From Lama glama (taxonomy: Eukaryota): a stretch of DNA of 64,000 nucleotides. Both the position numbers and the translations under genes were made by a program. How positions within the stretch are numbered: position 1 is the stretch's first letter; every line of letters starts with the position of its first letter. Below, in pieces: positions 1 through 12,300 of the stretch. The stretch is taken from positions 97,528,001 to 97,592,000 of the forward strand of contig CM052817.1 of assembly GCA_028534125.1 (NCBI GenBank), written 5' to 3'. The notes beneath the pieces were generated by a model that worked only from the letters and a program-made list of their open reading frames with translations, ran no database searches and had not been told where the DNA came from.

Positions 1-180
1 CAGTTTTGATTCATTAATATATTGGGGTTTTTTTTTTTTTTGGTCACTGCTGCACAATAACCTAGGTATCCCAACTATACTCTGTCTTGATTCCTCCAGA
101 TATCACTTTTGCCTCCTTTGAGCTCGCTGCTTCTTGCCTTTTGTATTTACTCAACAGTCTTTCTTGTCTTGCTTCCTAGA

Positions 181-460
181 TCAGGGTTTCACAAAATGAA
201 AGTGTTCTGCAGAAAACTAGTCATGTGAGCTGCTCTCCAAAATCAGGGTTTTTATGCCCGGCTAGGTAGGAAACCACATACTTTATCACTCTCTCAGGGA
301 CTTATAATTGCTCATTAGCATATTACATTTCCAGAGCACTTTCCATAAAGAAACCTGCTTTAACTAATTTTAATCTTCCATTTCACAAACTCATTTGACT
401 ATGGAACCCTAAAAATAAAATCTATTAACATCTGAACACGTTTTTGGAAACTATGCCCTA
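181..460. mobile_element. Degraded hAT-Charlie MITE (MER113-like)
   Basis: Starts CAGGGTTTCACAAA and ends TTTGGAAACTATGCCCTA (Charlie-type ends); internal CTCATTAGCATATTA...AAAGAAACCTG matches my recollection of MER113. Confidence 0.5.
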
Positions 461-940
461 AGCAATCTTCCTTTTTCCATTCCAAATTAAACACATCCAG
501 CAGGTCTACTTAGAAGAGAAGAGAATGGAACTGGGACTTGTGGTACAATGGGTTCAAGAGCTAAAAGCCCTTCTACAAGCATCAGATTTCAACAGATGTG
601 ACTTATAAAGAAAAAGCAGAACATTCATTTGGCTTCAAAATCGATTGACACACATATCTGATATTCAGACTAGGAAACACAAATATGTATGGGATATGTT
701 GTCCTTCATCACGTAAATCACATCAAGCTGGCAAAATAATATCTAGGCACACAGAAAGCAGAATATAAGGACATAATCACTGTCACATGAGTGGATATAG
801 ACAGAACCTTGAAGATGTCTAAGATCGCATGATAAGCGAGGGCCAGAGCTGGTGTCTGTATTCCATGTATTGGATTCGAGAACCGCGGAGTCACTGAGTC
901 AGGGAAGACTCACCCTTGGGTATTATTCTAAATCTCTTAC

Positions 941-1020
941 CTGAAGTGTGATATCAAAGAACTTACATCCTGGGCAATAAACAATGGAGAGTGATCAGCA
1001 TTTCTGTATATTTCCATCAT
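941..1020 (-). CDS. Candidate coding part of an (alternative) first exon, MMEIYRNADHSPLFIAQD[VSSLISHF..]; gene not identified
   Basis: Minus strand: GACGCC-ATG-ATG-G (good Kozak) at 1020, open to donor CAG|GTAAGA (exon end 941); an alternative phase-0 donor GAT|GTAAGT ends at 967. No ATG between the putative TSS (~1151) and 1020. No homologue recognised. Confidence 0.35.
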
Positions 1021-1144
1021 GGCGTCAGAAAAGAATTGCTGCCAGTTTTCCAATCTGGCAAAGTTCAAAAAATGCCTGCCTGCCTGCCTACCTTATCAAT
1101 GTAGCAAATTATAGCACTGCTTGTTGGCTGAGACAATGGCCCAG

Positions 1145-1190
1145 TCAGAATGAGGAGGCAGGGCAGACGGCTGCCTGTGCCTTTATAAAA
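1145..1190 (-). promoter_or_regulatory. Candidate TATA box plus initiator for the minus-strand first exon
   Basis: Minus strand TATAAAGG (1187-1180) and Inr-like TCATTCT with the A at 1151; the 36-nt spacing is slightly longer than canonical. Confidence 0.3.
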
Positions 1191-4019
1191 AAAATTTTTT
1201 TTTACTTACTGAATTCAGATGAGTTAAGAAATTACTTCCTTTGAATGAAAACTCCATATTTTAATAAATTAGAGTGGTCGACAACCTGGAATGGATGGAG
1301 CAGAATGTTACATAATTTCTAACCTCCTCCTCTTCCTTTTTATGTCTTCTGAATGAAAAGGAAATTATTTTGGCAGACAGGAAGAAAAGACAAAAACTTT
1401 AAAAGAAACACAAAGTCTTGCTTTTGCCTACACACGTAAGAGTTTGAGATAGGATTAAAATTCATAGTGTGATGTATTAGAGACTCAGAATCCAGATATT
1501 TTGAGAGTAGATGGCTCAGCAAAAACACGAATTACTTTTAGACTCAATCTATTATTTATTATTTCAATTTATAAAAAATGCACCCAATGCATCTTTGGGA
1601 TGAAGAGTTCAAAGTCATTGTGATTGTTTAGTTGGCTTCTCCCTGGCATTTAGAAATCTGCATATTTTATGTTGACTTGAAGTTGTGTTCTAGAGGCGAT
1701 TGTTGTGTCATAAAAACAAAAAGTTACTTTTCAAGAATAAAATTCAGTGTCAGCATAAATAGATAAATTACTTTGGAGTTACCCATCAAATCATATTCTA
1801 TCAATAAGGGATTTTCATTAAATTATGAGTGATGGCTGCTGAGATGTGGTATGGGCGTTATGTTTATCACTATAATTGATCATTCCTGCTGCCTTCAAGC
1901 CAGATTACAAAAACCCTCCACAGAATTAACAGTGCGAACCCCATTATTTGTCCATTGAAGTAGTTAATGTCTTTAGTTGGGTCATCTGTGCTTCCATTAA
2001 ATGACCATTTCTAACACCTCCCTTCTTCCTCACTCCAATGCTCGCCCCCTCCCCCAGCTTCCAAGTCTCTGGTCTGCTTTAGAGACTCAGTTTTCCAACC
2101 TGTAAAAAGAGAACTTGGCTAGGCTGGGCTCAAAAAGTTTCCCACATCACTTGAGTTGGAGATTAGTAATAATTCTTAGAAAGTTCTCATTTTGAATCTA
2201 AGACTCTTCTTTCTAAAAAAACTTATAATGATGAAAAATAGTGTTCTCATATTAAAAATTAATTTTAAGTGCCACATTTAATTGAAAAATATTACTTTGA
2301 GATCAATTTCTTTCTTTTTTCTTAAAATATATTGTATGTCAGTAGATAAGGAAAATTGAACTGTCTTTTAAGAGCTAAATTGTAGATCCCTCCACACATG
2401 AATATTTAAATCTTGAGACTGGGTTTTGCTTTCTATTTGATTTTTCTTTGTTTCTTTCTTGTATCTTGTACATATCTGATGGGGTGCAATTATTTTCAAA
2501 TATAGTAACAGTAATCAGTTTAGCTGTGTAATAAATATAGTTTGTTGTTCTCTATATTAAAGGTGAAAGAGTTAAATACATTTATAAATTCATAAATCAG
2601 CAGCCAGTTTGGCAAACTTCTTATATTAAATTAGACAGCATTTAATTATTAAGAGAACTAGGCGGTGAGTGAGATGCTAATTAAAGCCCCAGCAAACAGC
2701 TACTCTCCATTTCCGATTTATAATTCAGTGTCCATCAAAAAAAGGCAAATAAAGGTCACTGTATCTTCTCACATCTGAATATCTAGGAAAGAAATCTGGC
2801 TGTCAAGTCTAGCATCATTCAATCTAAATCTGGATATAAACAAATAAGCATATAAAACAATGAAACAAATAAATGATAAAACTCCAGAACATGAGATTTC
2901 AAAATTGACAAGGAGACTAGACAAGCTACTTAGAAAAGCACATTTTAATTTTTGTGCAAACAGTGAAAGCAGTGTGGCATTTTCAGATAGCAGGTAAACA
3001 GACATTTGCGCTGCTGCATCACCCGTTCAGCATCCCTGCAACGCATCAATACAATGTATCAAGCTATGTGGGACAGAAATAGATGCCTAAAAATTGAGTT
3101 CACGTTTTATCTTGCTCATCATATGAAGGTGAATGAAAATAATTCAAAAGCTTAATCTCTACAAACTATTTATCATGGGGCACTTTATGAAATACTGGTT
3201 TCAAACAGTGCTTAGAATATCAACTCTGGAATGAAGAATCAGCGATCCCATTACCTGGCAAAGCAAAGTGATTTTAAAGCTACTTTAGTTCGCTCAGTCT
3301 CGAGTTGATAGAGGTGATAGGACCACCTTCCAGGAAGAGGCTGGGTGAGTTCCTATGAGGCTGCCTACCTAGAATTTTCTCAGGCCAAAATTCATAGCCT
3401 GTTAAACACAGCTGCTGCTTTCTCGGCACTGCCTTCAGGAAATCATGGCACCACCCCACATGCTCTTGTGAAACGCCCTGCTGCCCAGAGGCTGAGGAAA
3501 TGGCAATTGAACGGACCACGCACGTTTTCTCTAAGATTTCAACCCTGGCTTGGGTTTACTGGAATTTAATAGGAGCGAAGAATTTCGTCTGGTTCACCTG
3601 ATTCATCAAAGCAACCCTAAGGTAGCAGGATCATTTACGTTTATTGAATCAGCTAGGAAAACACTTTTTGGCGAAGCCTAGAGCTTCTGCTGCACACTCA
3701 TGCTGCTCTCCCTGCACTGTTGTTCATACCTCCCTGCACCTGCGCTCTCAGCAGTGCGACGTGCAGGCCTGTCCATCAAGAGCTGGCGCCCGTGTAACCC
3801 ACCTTGAAATGGCACTCACCTTGCAGAGTGTGGTAAAAGTGAGGGTGTGCCCAGCCTAGGACTTCAGAAACTTTGCAGACTTCTCTCTTTGGGGAGCCCC
3901 TCCTCCATCAGGTAAGCAAGCCCTGCCTATATAGCTAGGGAGGGAGAGACCGCAAGGAGCAGAACTAAGTCAGCGCTGTTCTCCCTGCGGAAGGCCCAGA
4001 CAGGTGAGAGAGCCCAGCC

Positions 4020-4190
4020 AAGGTCAAGACCTCACCTGAGGCTTCAGATCTGACCTGAAGCTGATCAACGACCCATCACAGACACAGAAAGGAAGGAGCC
4101 CAGCTGAGCTCAGCCTAGATCCCCCTGAGTGCAAAAAATGGCCAGCTGATACAAACACGTTGTAAATGGATAATACCCCCATTGTCCTCA
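4020..4190 (+). mobile_element. Old MaLR LTR fragment (MLT1-type)
   Basis: GAGCCCAGCTGAGCTCAGCCTAGATC...CCAGCTGA resembles an MLT1J/K internal segment. Confidence 0.35.
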
Positions 4191-4879
4191 GTTCGTGGTG
4201 TGGCACCTGAGAATCGAGTCAATAAACTCAAGACATAAACACGTGAAGCCACATCTCTATATGGACCATCATCTGCAAAGTATTTTTTGACACTGTGTTT
4301 TGCAGGGCCATACGCAAATCAGGTTGATGGCTGCTGACTTCTAGTAACTTTTAAAAATTATTTATCATATAAAACACATTTATATTTCTTCCATTGTGTA
4401 GAACTATACAAAAAAATGTGTTCTTGCTTGATTAATTGGTATGTTTCGTATATTAAATAATTTAAAGTTGGAAACCAGAAACAAAAAGAAAAAAAGATGA
4501 ACTCAACAATCCCCATATACTGACTAAAAACCAAACAATGAGGCCATGGCCATGTACATGTACATAACGTTATGAAAAGTCATTAGTTTTCCTGTACCTG
4601 GGCATTTCTGATCCATCAAGGACCATGCTATTAAAGCAGAGACGTAAAGTCCTCTTCCCGTATAAGCCCAAACCTTTCACATTACTCTAGTTTTATTTCG
4701 GCTGTCATAGACCCATGTCCAAGTTCATCATGAGTCACAGAGCAGACAAATGATAGAATTTTAAAGTTAGAAGGAACTTCAAGGTTACTGAATGTGGTGG
4801 TGAAAAAAAGCCAGAGGCTCTACAGAACCCTATTCTACCCATAGCTGTGCCACACAAACCTTCTCTAGTTGATAGTTTT

Positions 4880-5232
4880 GTTTTGTTTTTTTAATTGAAG
4901 TACAGCCAATTGCAATGTGTCAGTTTCTAGTGGATAGCACAATGTTGCAGTCACACATATAGACACATATATTCGTTTTCATTTTTTTGTCCATTAAATG
5001 TTATTACACGATATTGAGTATAGTTCCCTGTGCTATACAGAAGGAACTTTTTAAAAATCTATTTTTATATGTAGTGGCTAACATTTATAAATCTCAAACT
5101 CCCTGCCATAAAAAAGAATAAAATAATGCCATTTGCAGCAACATGGATGGACCTAGAGATCATCATTCTAAGTGAAGTCAGCCAGAAAGGGAAAGGAAGA
5201 TGCTATATGATGTCACTCATATGTGGAATCTA
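4880..5232 (-). mobile_element. Young L1 3' end with 5' inversion (twin priming), flanked by ~16-bp TSD
   Basis: 4880-5103 is an antisense L1 3'UTR/polyA; 5104-5232 is the upstream L1 segment in opposite orientation (GCCATTTGCAGCAACATGGATGGACCTAGAG). TSD: TCTAGTTGATAGTTTT (4864-4879) / TCTAGTCAATAGTTTT (5229-5244). Confidence 0.85.
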
Positions 5233-5630
5233 GTCAATAGTTTTTGATCAGTAAAAGGAGTCTCGGTAACATGACTTCTTTGTGGGAGAGGGTGCTTAAG
5301 ACAATTCTCTGAATTCTAAAGGATGATGATGAAGAGCTGAATTGCTGAGGATGACAGAGAGGGTTTCTGAGAAGCTAAGTGGGGAAAGAGAGAGAGGGCA
5401 GATGTCACTAGATAGACAAAGTCTAATGGAGGAAGCTGGGCAAGTTTCTTGGATACAGTATGTGGGTTTCCCCATAAATCTTGCCAATACTTCTGGAGTT
5501 AGAATATATATTGAGGCAGGTTGGGAAGGGGTAGAGGACAGACTGAGAAGTATAACTAAGTGTGTCTGGGGGCTTTTAACATGTACTAGGACTGAGAAAA
5601 GAAACTGCCCCCTGGAAACCAAGTCATGTT

Positions 5631-5674
5631 TGGGTTACGTCAAATCCCTTGCTGGGTTACGTCAAATTCCTTGC
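5631..5674 (+). repeat. 22-bp tandem duplication containing TTACGTCA
   Basis: TGGGTTACGTCAAATCCCTTGC / TGGGTTACGTCAAATTCCTTGC, 1 mismatch. Confidence 0.9.
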
Positions 5675-6524
5675 ACGTCTACAAATCTCTGGCTGTAAAG
5701 GCTGCCCCTGCTTCACAGCATTTGTACTAAATAACAGTTCTCTTTATTCTAAATCCCTAACTCTGAATTTTCGATGAGCCATTTGGGACCTGGCTGATGT
5801 ATATCTCTGTGTTCTGTATAAAGGATTTGTCAAGGAAATAAACAGTGCAAGCAAGATCATTAAAATGACACTCAAAATGCTTGGAGGAGTCATTTCCAAA
5901 CATTCTAAATACTTTAGAAATACAATTTAATCAATTGTCCTCCATAAAATGCATTAAAGTCATGATCAGTGACCTTAAAAGATGTACCCATATGTTTTCT
6001 CTAATTCTGTAGAATGATAGTCAGGAAGACATTGCCTTTTTAATCTGTGAATTATTACAAAGATTTAGGGGAATTGGCTAATAATTTGGCAGGCTGATTA
6101 GATGAATTAGTAAATTAACCAAAGCTGTTGCTGTACATATCTAAGTCCTCTGAGACGGGAATTTTTAATTGATTCCTCAAGGATGCTTGTTATATGGCAA
6201 GATGGCTACTTGACTGTTGAATAAATTAAAAAAAAAAAAAAAGCACTCAGTTAACTTCCCTCCTTGTGAGAATGGACTTATACAGACGTCACAACCACTG
6301 AACATCAAAGTTCCAGCTGAAACTCGAGGCTGGTTCGTTTCATTGGCTCTCCTCCTGTTCACCTCCCAACTTCCTATAATCCCCAGTGCCATAATCAGTA
6401 ATGGCAGGTCCCTCCCGTTATCTCCTCCAGCTCATTTTCCCTTGTCTTTTGCCTCTGTCTTCTATTAGTTCTTTTGTGCATCATTCTGTCATATTCTCAT
6501 CTCCCCTGAACACATCAAGGTTTA

Positions 6525-6745
6525 GTGTAACGGAGTAGAGTGGAGATGGAATGGGATGTGATCCCTGAGTTGGGTTCATATCCTGATCACTCTCTTTAAT
6601 GACTGTGCAGCCTCAGGAAATTTACTTAACCACAGTCCCTGTTTCCTCATTTGTAATCTGAAGGTAATAATATCTAACATGCATGGCTGCTGTGGGAATT
6701 CAGGATACTATAGAGAAAGCTCCAAGAACTTAGCACATATTTAGT
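6525..6745 (+). mobile_element. MIR SINE
   Basis: Core GGGTTCATATCCTG...CTGTGCAGCCTCAGGAAATTTACTTAACC...GTTTCCTCATTTGTAA. Confidence 0.75.
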
Positions 6746-7079
6746 AGCGAAAATGACTTTCTCTGCCTGTTTTCTTTTACTGAAACCCGTATTTAATCCA
6801 CATACTGCGACCCTCCCTGCATCGCTCTAGGTGTTGCTCCTGTATTTCAGCTTCTTGAAAACAACTCAAAAGTATCCTGTCTCCTGGAAACTTCCTCCTG
6901 GCAACTTTATGTCATTTTCATTTAACAATCTCTCCTCCTTTGAAGGACCTGATGCCCACTTTTATCTCTTTGTTCCCAACAACAAAAATTTTATGCAATA
7001 ACTGTTTGATCCTCACAAGAATGCTGAGTGCAGGGAAAGCCAATATTCTCTTGATAAAATATACAGGTTCTTGTTAGTG

Positions 7080-9600
7080 TTACCTCTGGGTCATTTTCTT
7101 CTTAGTCCTCAAGGACTTTGGGAGTTGGCTCACAGTTTCTCTCTTTACTCCAGAGTCTGCTGTCTTCTGAAGTGACTTGGTGATATATACTGATGAGCCA
7201 CCTAACAGCCTGCCCTCACACTAACAATCACCTCCACTCCACTTTACAAACCCCATTTACAGGAACACATTTTGGACCTTTTAATCCCCTGGAACTGCTC
7301 CTCTGAACATTTGCATTTTGGAATGACTCTCTCTGCCCGTAACCTTGTATCCTTTCTCTTCTCATCCTCTTTGATACCCATAAAACCTGTTCTGCCCTAT
7401 CACACACTCCTGCTTCTCAAATCCTTCCTAGTCTTTCAGTCTGTTAACGTCTTCCCACTTGATTTCCCCCATAACCAGCCTGAATTTTGAGTCTGTGCCC
7501 ATTCGCTCATTCACTCAATGGTTCATGCATTCATTCCACATTTACTGAGTGCCTTTTTATGTGTTGGGTGCTGCGGTAGGACTTGTGATCGACTATAACT
7601 CCAGCCCTGAAGCAACCCAGGGTACGGTGGTCAGTCCTCTTTACCACTCTTGGATTCCTCATCCCCTTTTCTTTCCTTTGTTTCTACCTGGCAAAATGTC
7701 CATTTTATTTATTTCCCCCTGCTCTTAGACCTTCTAGCTCCAACCACAGCTGGAGGACATCCTATCTCTCTATGAGCTAGGTCTTCAGTGCAAATCTAAT
7801 TCCCTATCCACCCCGGACAGCCTTCTTTCTCTGCAGCTGCCATTCCAGCATTTTACTCTCTTTTCAAGCCTTTGCCTGGCTGGCCTCTCACTGGATGTCC
7901 CAGCCTGGCTTCACTAAGAAAACAAAGGCTATCAGTTAGGAACTACCTCAGTATCCCTCACCACTCAGGTATACTTTATCCATATTTTTCTTGTTTTTTT
8001 TTTTTAAGAAAAAGGTAAAACAAGATACGATGTGATTTGCACAGCTAGCTTCTCCACAGGTATTTTGGTCCCATCTCCTCTGACTCCCACATCCCACCTC
8101 CCATTCCTTAAATTATACGCTCTTTCAACCTTCTCCAGTAGAGGCTTACCCTTCTCCAATAGATGCCTACAAACACCCTAAACAAGGTCTCTCTTAACTC
8201 AGCCTCATATAGGCTTCCACCCCAAAACTCCATTAAATTCCATTCCAGCACAGCCTGCACTTTACAGACTCTCCTTCACTCCAGGGCAATGTGGCATCTG
8301 CCTCCCAAATTAACCAAGTTACTTGAACATCTAATTGCCCACTCCTTACCCCCACCACCCCACAGGTGCCCTTCAGGCCTCTTGTTACTGGAAATGATCA
8401 ACCATCTCTGGTGTTTATTCTGACCTGGTCTACCATCTGACCAGAACTTGATCAGAAGGAGCTCTGGCAAAACTCCTGGACCTTTGTTGCCATTTCCCCA
8501 TTTTAATCCTCCATCAGCCTGGTTCTGCATTTACTTGATGTTTGACCTCTTGCTCCATCTTTGATTTCCAGCCAGCGTTTATTGCTTGGATCTGATAACA
8601 GATTTGCATTCTCTGGCAAATCTTTAGAACATGCCCACAGAGTCTGATGCAGTTCCAGGCCCTAGAGTCCTACTTGGTGGCTAGTTAGCATATCTGGTTT
8701 CCCTGCTGGGTCTGGTCTGAACTCTTTTGCGTGGGTGGGACTCCTAAAGCCGCTCCTTCCCTGCTTCTCAGGACACTCTCCTCTCCTGATGCTTTTTATA
8801 CTCCTCTCACTGCTCTTTCAAGTGTTCCGTGAAGTCTCTTCTTCCTTCTCATCTCACTCGATTCACATTTCTTGGCAGATTTCATCCAGTCCCATGGCTT
8901 AACCATCATCTCTGTGTTGCCAACTCCCAAATTTATAATTCCAATTTTGAATTTTTTTCCCTGAGCTCTGCATATGGAATGCAAACAGCACACTGGATAG
9001 CTTCTCGAATTTGGACTTCAAATTCAACATATTTAAAAGCAAATTCATCACGTTTTTCTTTGAACCCGTATCTTCTCTTGTGTTCCCCACTCCCATCAAT
9101 GTCACTTTAACTGCTCACACCTGACAGCGACCTGGACTTTGAGATGCCTCCTCTGAATGGCTTCTTGTGTCTGTTTCTGTGTCAATTTCTTCTGCCGCAG
9201 CCTAGATCAGCCTTTGTATTGTCTCTTGCCTGGATTTTTCCAACAGTCTGGTAACTTGTCTCCCTCTCCCATTTGCTTCCCTTTCCAAGTTATTTTCCAC
9301 ACTGCAATAAAGGAGAGTTTTGTTTATGCCACTCTGCAGCTTTAAAGCCTCTTCTGGATTCTACTGCCTATATGGTAAAGGCTACCTTCCAGCTTGGCAC
9401 AACGCCTTTCATAATCCGCTCCCACCTCACTTTTTGTCTCAGTGCTCAAACGTTTGCTTGAATTCTACTCTGTGCTCCAGTTACGCTAGACAACTTTTGT
9501 TCCTACAGCTTAATCCAAGATTTTCACATCTGAAGCTCCGTGTTTGCTTCCTCTTTTATCCGAGGTGACTTAGTTTCTTTTCTTCCAACCTGAACCTTAA
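7080..9600 (+). mobile_element. Fragmented, degraded L2 LINE (with interruptions)
   Basis: Pyrimidine-rich L2 motifs such as CCAGTCCCATGGCTT...ACTCCCAAATTTATA...CCTGAGCTC...CAAATTCAACAT and TTAAAGCCTCTTCTGGATT. Confidence 0.6.
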
Positions 9601-9631
9601 TTCCATGCCATTCTCTGATACAATGATTTCT

Positions 9632-9756
9632 TTTTTCGGTGGCGGGAGGTAATTAGGTTTATGTATTTTATTTGTTTATGTCTTCGTGGAGGTACTGGGG
9701 ATTGAACCCAGGACCATGCTAAGCAGGCACTCAGCCACTGAACTATACCCTCCCCC
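9632..9756 (-). mobile_element. tRNA-derived SINE (camelid vic-1-like) with 14-bp TSD
   Basis: Minus strand GGGAGGGTATAGTTCAGTGG...GGGTTCAATCCCCAGTACCTCC...AAACCTAATTACCTCCC-An; TSD ATACAATGATTTCT (9618-9631) / ATATAATGATTTCT (9757-9770). Confidence 0.9.
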
Positions 9757-9804
9757 ATATAATGATTTCTGAACAGCCTTTCCTAAGGCTTTCTGCTGTG
9801 CCCC

Positions 9805-10090
9805 TAAATGCTGACTCAGGGACCCGGGCTCCTTCTCTCTGTGGCTCTGTGATCTCCCAGGGCTCAGAGTCCTGTGAGATTTCTGCATCTGGCTGGAAGA
9901 TGAGGGCAGTAAGTGGGGGATGACATGGGCCAGGGTTTCATGGTATACATCACTGCTGTTGACAAGCCAGTGGCCAGAATGCAGTCACGTGGCTGCAGAT
10001 AATTGCAATGGAGGCTGAAAATAGTCATCTTGCCGTGCCCAGGAGGAAACAGGGAAATGGCTAAACCACCAGTGAAAGTCTTTCCACTCT
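9805..10090 (-). mobile_element. MaLR LTR fragment (MLT1J/K-like)
   Basis: CAGGGACCCGGGCTCCTTC...TGGCCAGAATGCAGTCACGTGGCTGCAGATAATTGCAATGGAGGCTG...GTGCCCAGGAGGAAA. Confidence 0.65.
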
Positions 10091-10569
10091 GGCAACCGGG
10101 AGATGATTAAAATATATGTTTGTAAGGTGAATCAATCAACTTAATTATTACAGAACGGGCATTAGCTGAGGAAAGTCTGTATCAACGTTCCTGCCTTTCA
10201 GATTCCTGATTCAGCTTCCAATACTGTAATTCAAGAAAAAATAAACATGAGCCCACATGACCAGTTATACCATGGGTCAGCGAACTGCTTTTACTGCTTT
10301 ACCAAATCTTTTCATTAAGCATATTTATTATCTATAACTCATACTGACATTACACAATTTCAGAGCTAAACCACTATCCTAAGAACACTGACAGTAATGA
10401 GAATAATGTTTATCACCCACAGAAATTTACAAATCGTTCAGAATTACTTTATGATGTTGCCATGCTTCAAGGTCATTAATTTCAGAATCCATCTCTTGAA
10501 GAATCTGTCTGGGAATGGCAGACCCTGTGCAAAGTGTGATCCTACTGTGTGCAGTAGAAAGAGCCTTGG

Positions 10570-10690
10570 GGGACCTGAGGTCTGACTGTACTGCTTTCTG
10601 TTTGGGTATGACGGATAAGCCAATTTTGACTTAAATTTCTTCATCTTTAAAATGATGTGCTTTGAATGGATAATTTTTTAGGCCTCTTGC
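10570..10690 (+). mobile_element. MIR fragment
   Basis: GGACCTGAGGTCTG...AAATTTCTTCATCTTTAAAATG. Confidence 0.5.
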
Positions 10691-11419
10691 AATTTGAACA
10701 TTCACTTCTAGGAACTGTTTAAAAATGCTGGTTCATAGCGGATAGGCTGGTTAAGAGACTAATAGAACAGCAGTCAGTGGAGAGCTTATGATTTCTAAGT
10801 GAGTTAAGTTAAATAAAATTGTGTTGAACATTAGAAATGTATTAATCATCCTTAGAAGCAAGGGGAAAGTACTATCTAAAAATCATGTAAGTTCCTCTTT
10901 ATTGCTAGACTTATAATCAGACTGAAGCACTGCAATTATTGGGTCCATGTGCAAAGCCTGATCTCCTCTCCAGTGCTCAGAGGATATCACACAGCTGTCA
11001 GGCTGCTAAACGGTCTGCCACTGAGCGCAGCCAATGGCTTTGGTTATTGTAACAGCATCATCTCTTAAGAGGCTATTATTGTAGCTGAAATAACTATTTG
11101 CTGACTGACAAAGAGTGCTTTGGAATGGTTTGCAGAGGTGTTGTTCAAAAACCACACAAGTGGAATTAGCACCCAGGAAAATGCATCAATTCTCAGTATA
11201 CTGTGGGTTACTCTACCTACAACACACCTTAGAGTCCACTGAGTGTTAGGAAACGTAATGGCTTTAATTTTGTCTTTGCTCCAGATGACATTCATGAAGT
11301 GATAAAAGAAGGTTCCAGATTTTACATTGTTCCAGAAGTTAATGCCAGTGAAGTCAATCACTTAGATCAGTTAGCATAATGTCTCTGTAATGGTCCTGAA
11401 AATGTAACGGGACTTGGCA

Positions 11420-11528
11420 CAAACACCTGTGATCCAGAACCTAATCTGCCGCTCGTTAGGGGTGCCACGGTGGTCACATCATTTAAGTCTCCAGTTCCTG
11501 ACTCGTTTACATGTGAAACGGGAATAAT
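11420..11528 (+). mobile_element. MIR fragment
   Basis: ACCTGTGATCCAGAACCTAATCTGCCGCTCG...CATTTAAGTCTC...ATGTGAAACGGGAATAAT. Confidence 0.5.
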
Positions 11529-11850
11529 GCATTCATTTCTTTATTTATTGAGCATCTGCTATGTGCTTGACACTCTGGTGGGACTGGGGAAATCACAGCA
11601 AACAAAATGAATTCCCGCCTGCATGGAACTTATGTTCAAGTTCTTGTGCAGAAAGACCCACAGGGACCACATTCTGTCAGATGGCAAAAAGTGCTCTTGG
11701 GGGGGGGTGTTTATTTTTTTGGAATGCAGTCAAGGAAGGGTTCTGAATAGGTGACATTTAAGTGAAACTTGAAAGAAGAAAGGGAGGTAGCCATGCGTCT
11801 ATCAGGGCAAACTGTGTCTCAGGAGGAAAAGAGGGCACATTGAAGAAGCC
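11529..11850 (-). mobile_element. L2 3' end
   Basis: CATTCATTTCTTTATTTATTGAGCATCTGCTATGTGC...CAAGGAAGGGTTCTGAATAGGTGACATTTAAG...AGCCATGCG. Confidence 0.7.
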
Positions 11851-12087
11851 TGAGAAAACAACAGGTTTTTTTTTCACCTCCACTATAGGGCAGCTATGAG
11901 GAGCAAATGAAACCATATTTGTGATTTTGTGTTTCATTAAAAGAGAGAAATCCTCTGACCGAAAACTCAAAGGACACGTAGCAACTACTGTAGTCATGAG
12001 GTTCATAATGAAAACATACTTCAAAGAATTAATAAATGACTAGAAGAAGTCTGTGGGGAAAAAAGCAGACTGTAACGAAAATAATGC

Positions 12088-12300
12088 AACAAGTTTCTAT
12101 TGCAGAACACAGGGAACTATATTCAATATCCTTTAGTAACCTATAATGAAAAAGAATAAGAAAATGAATATACGTAGGTATATGTGTGACTGAAACATTA
12201 TGCTGTACACCAGAAACTGACACAACATTGTAAATTGACTATACTTCAATTAAAAAAATTTAAAAATAATCAGAAAAGAAAAGAAAAAAGAAAAAAAAAG
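12088..12300 (+). mobile_element. Young L1 3' end, 5'-truncated
   Basis: CACAGGGAACTATATTCAATATC...ACATTATGCTGTACACCAGAAACTGACACAACATTGTAAATTGACTATACTTCAATTAAAA plus A-rich tail; flanks AAAATAATGCAA / AAAAGAATGCAA. Confidence 0.9.

Noticed and set aside
62..176. Minus-strand open frame EARQERLLSKYKRQ...WDT* as a terminal exon
   Set aside because: No polypyrimidine tract (the upstream flank is a MITE end) and no recognisable homology.
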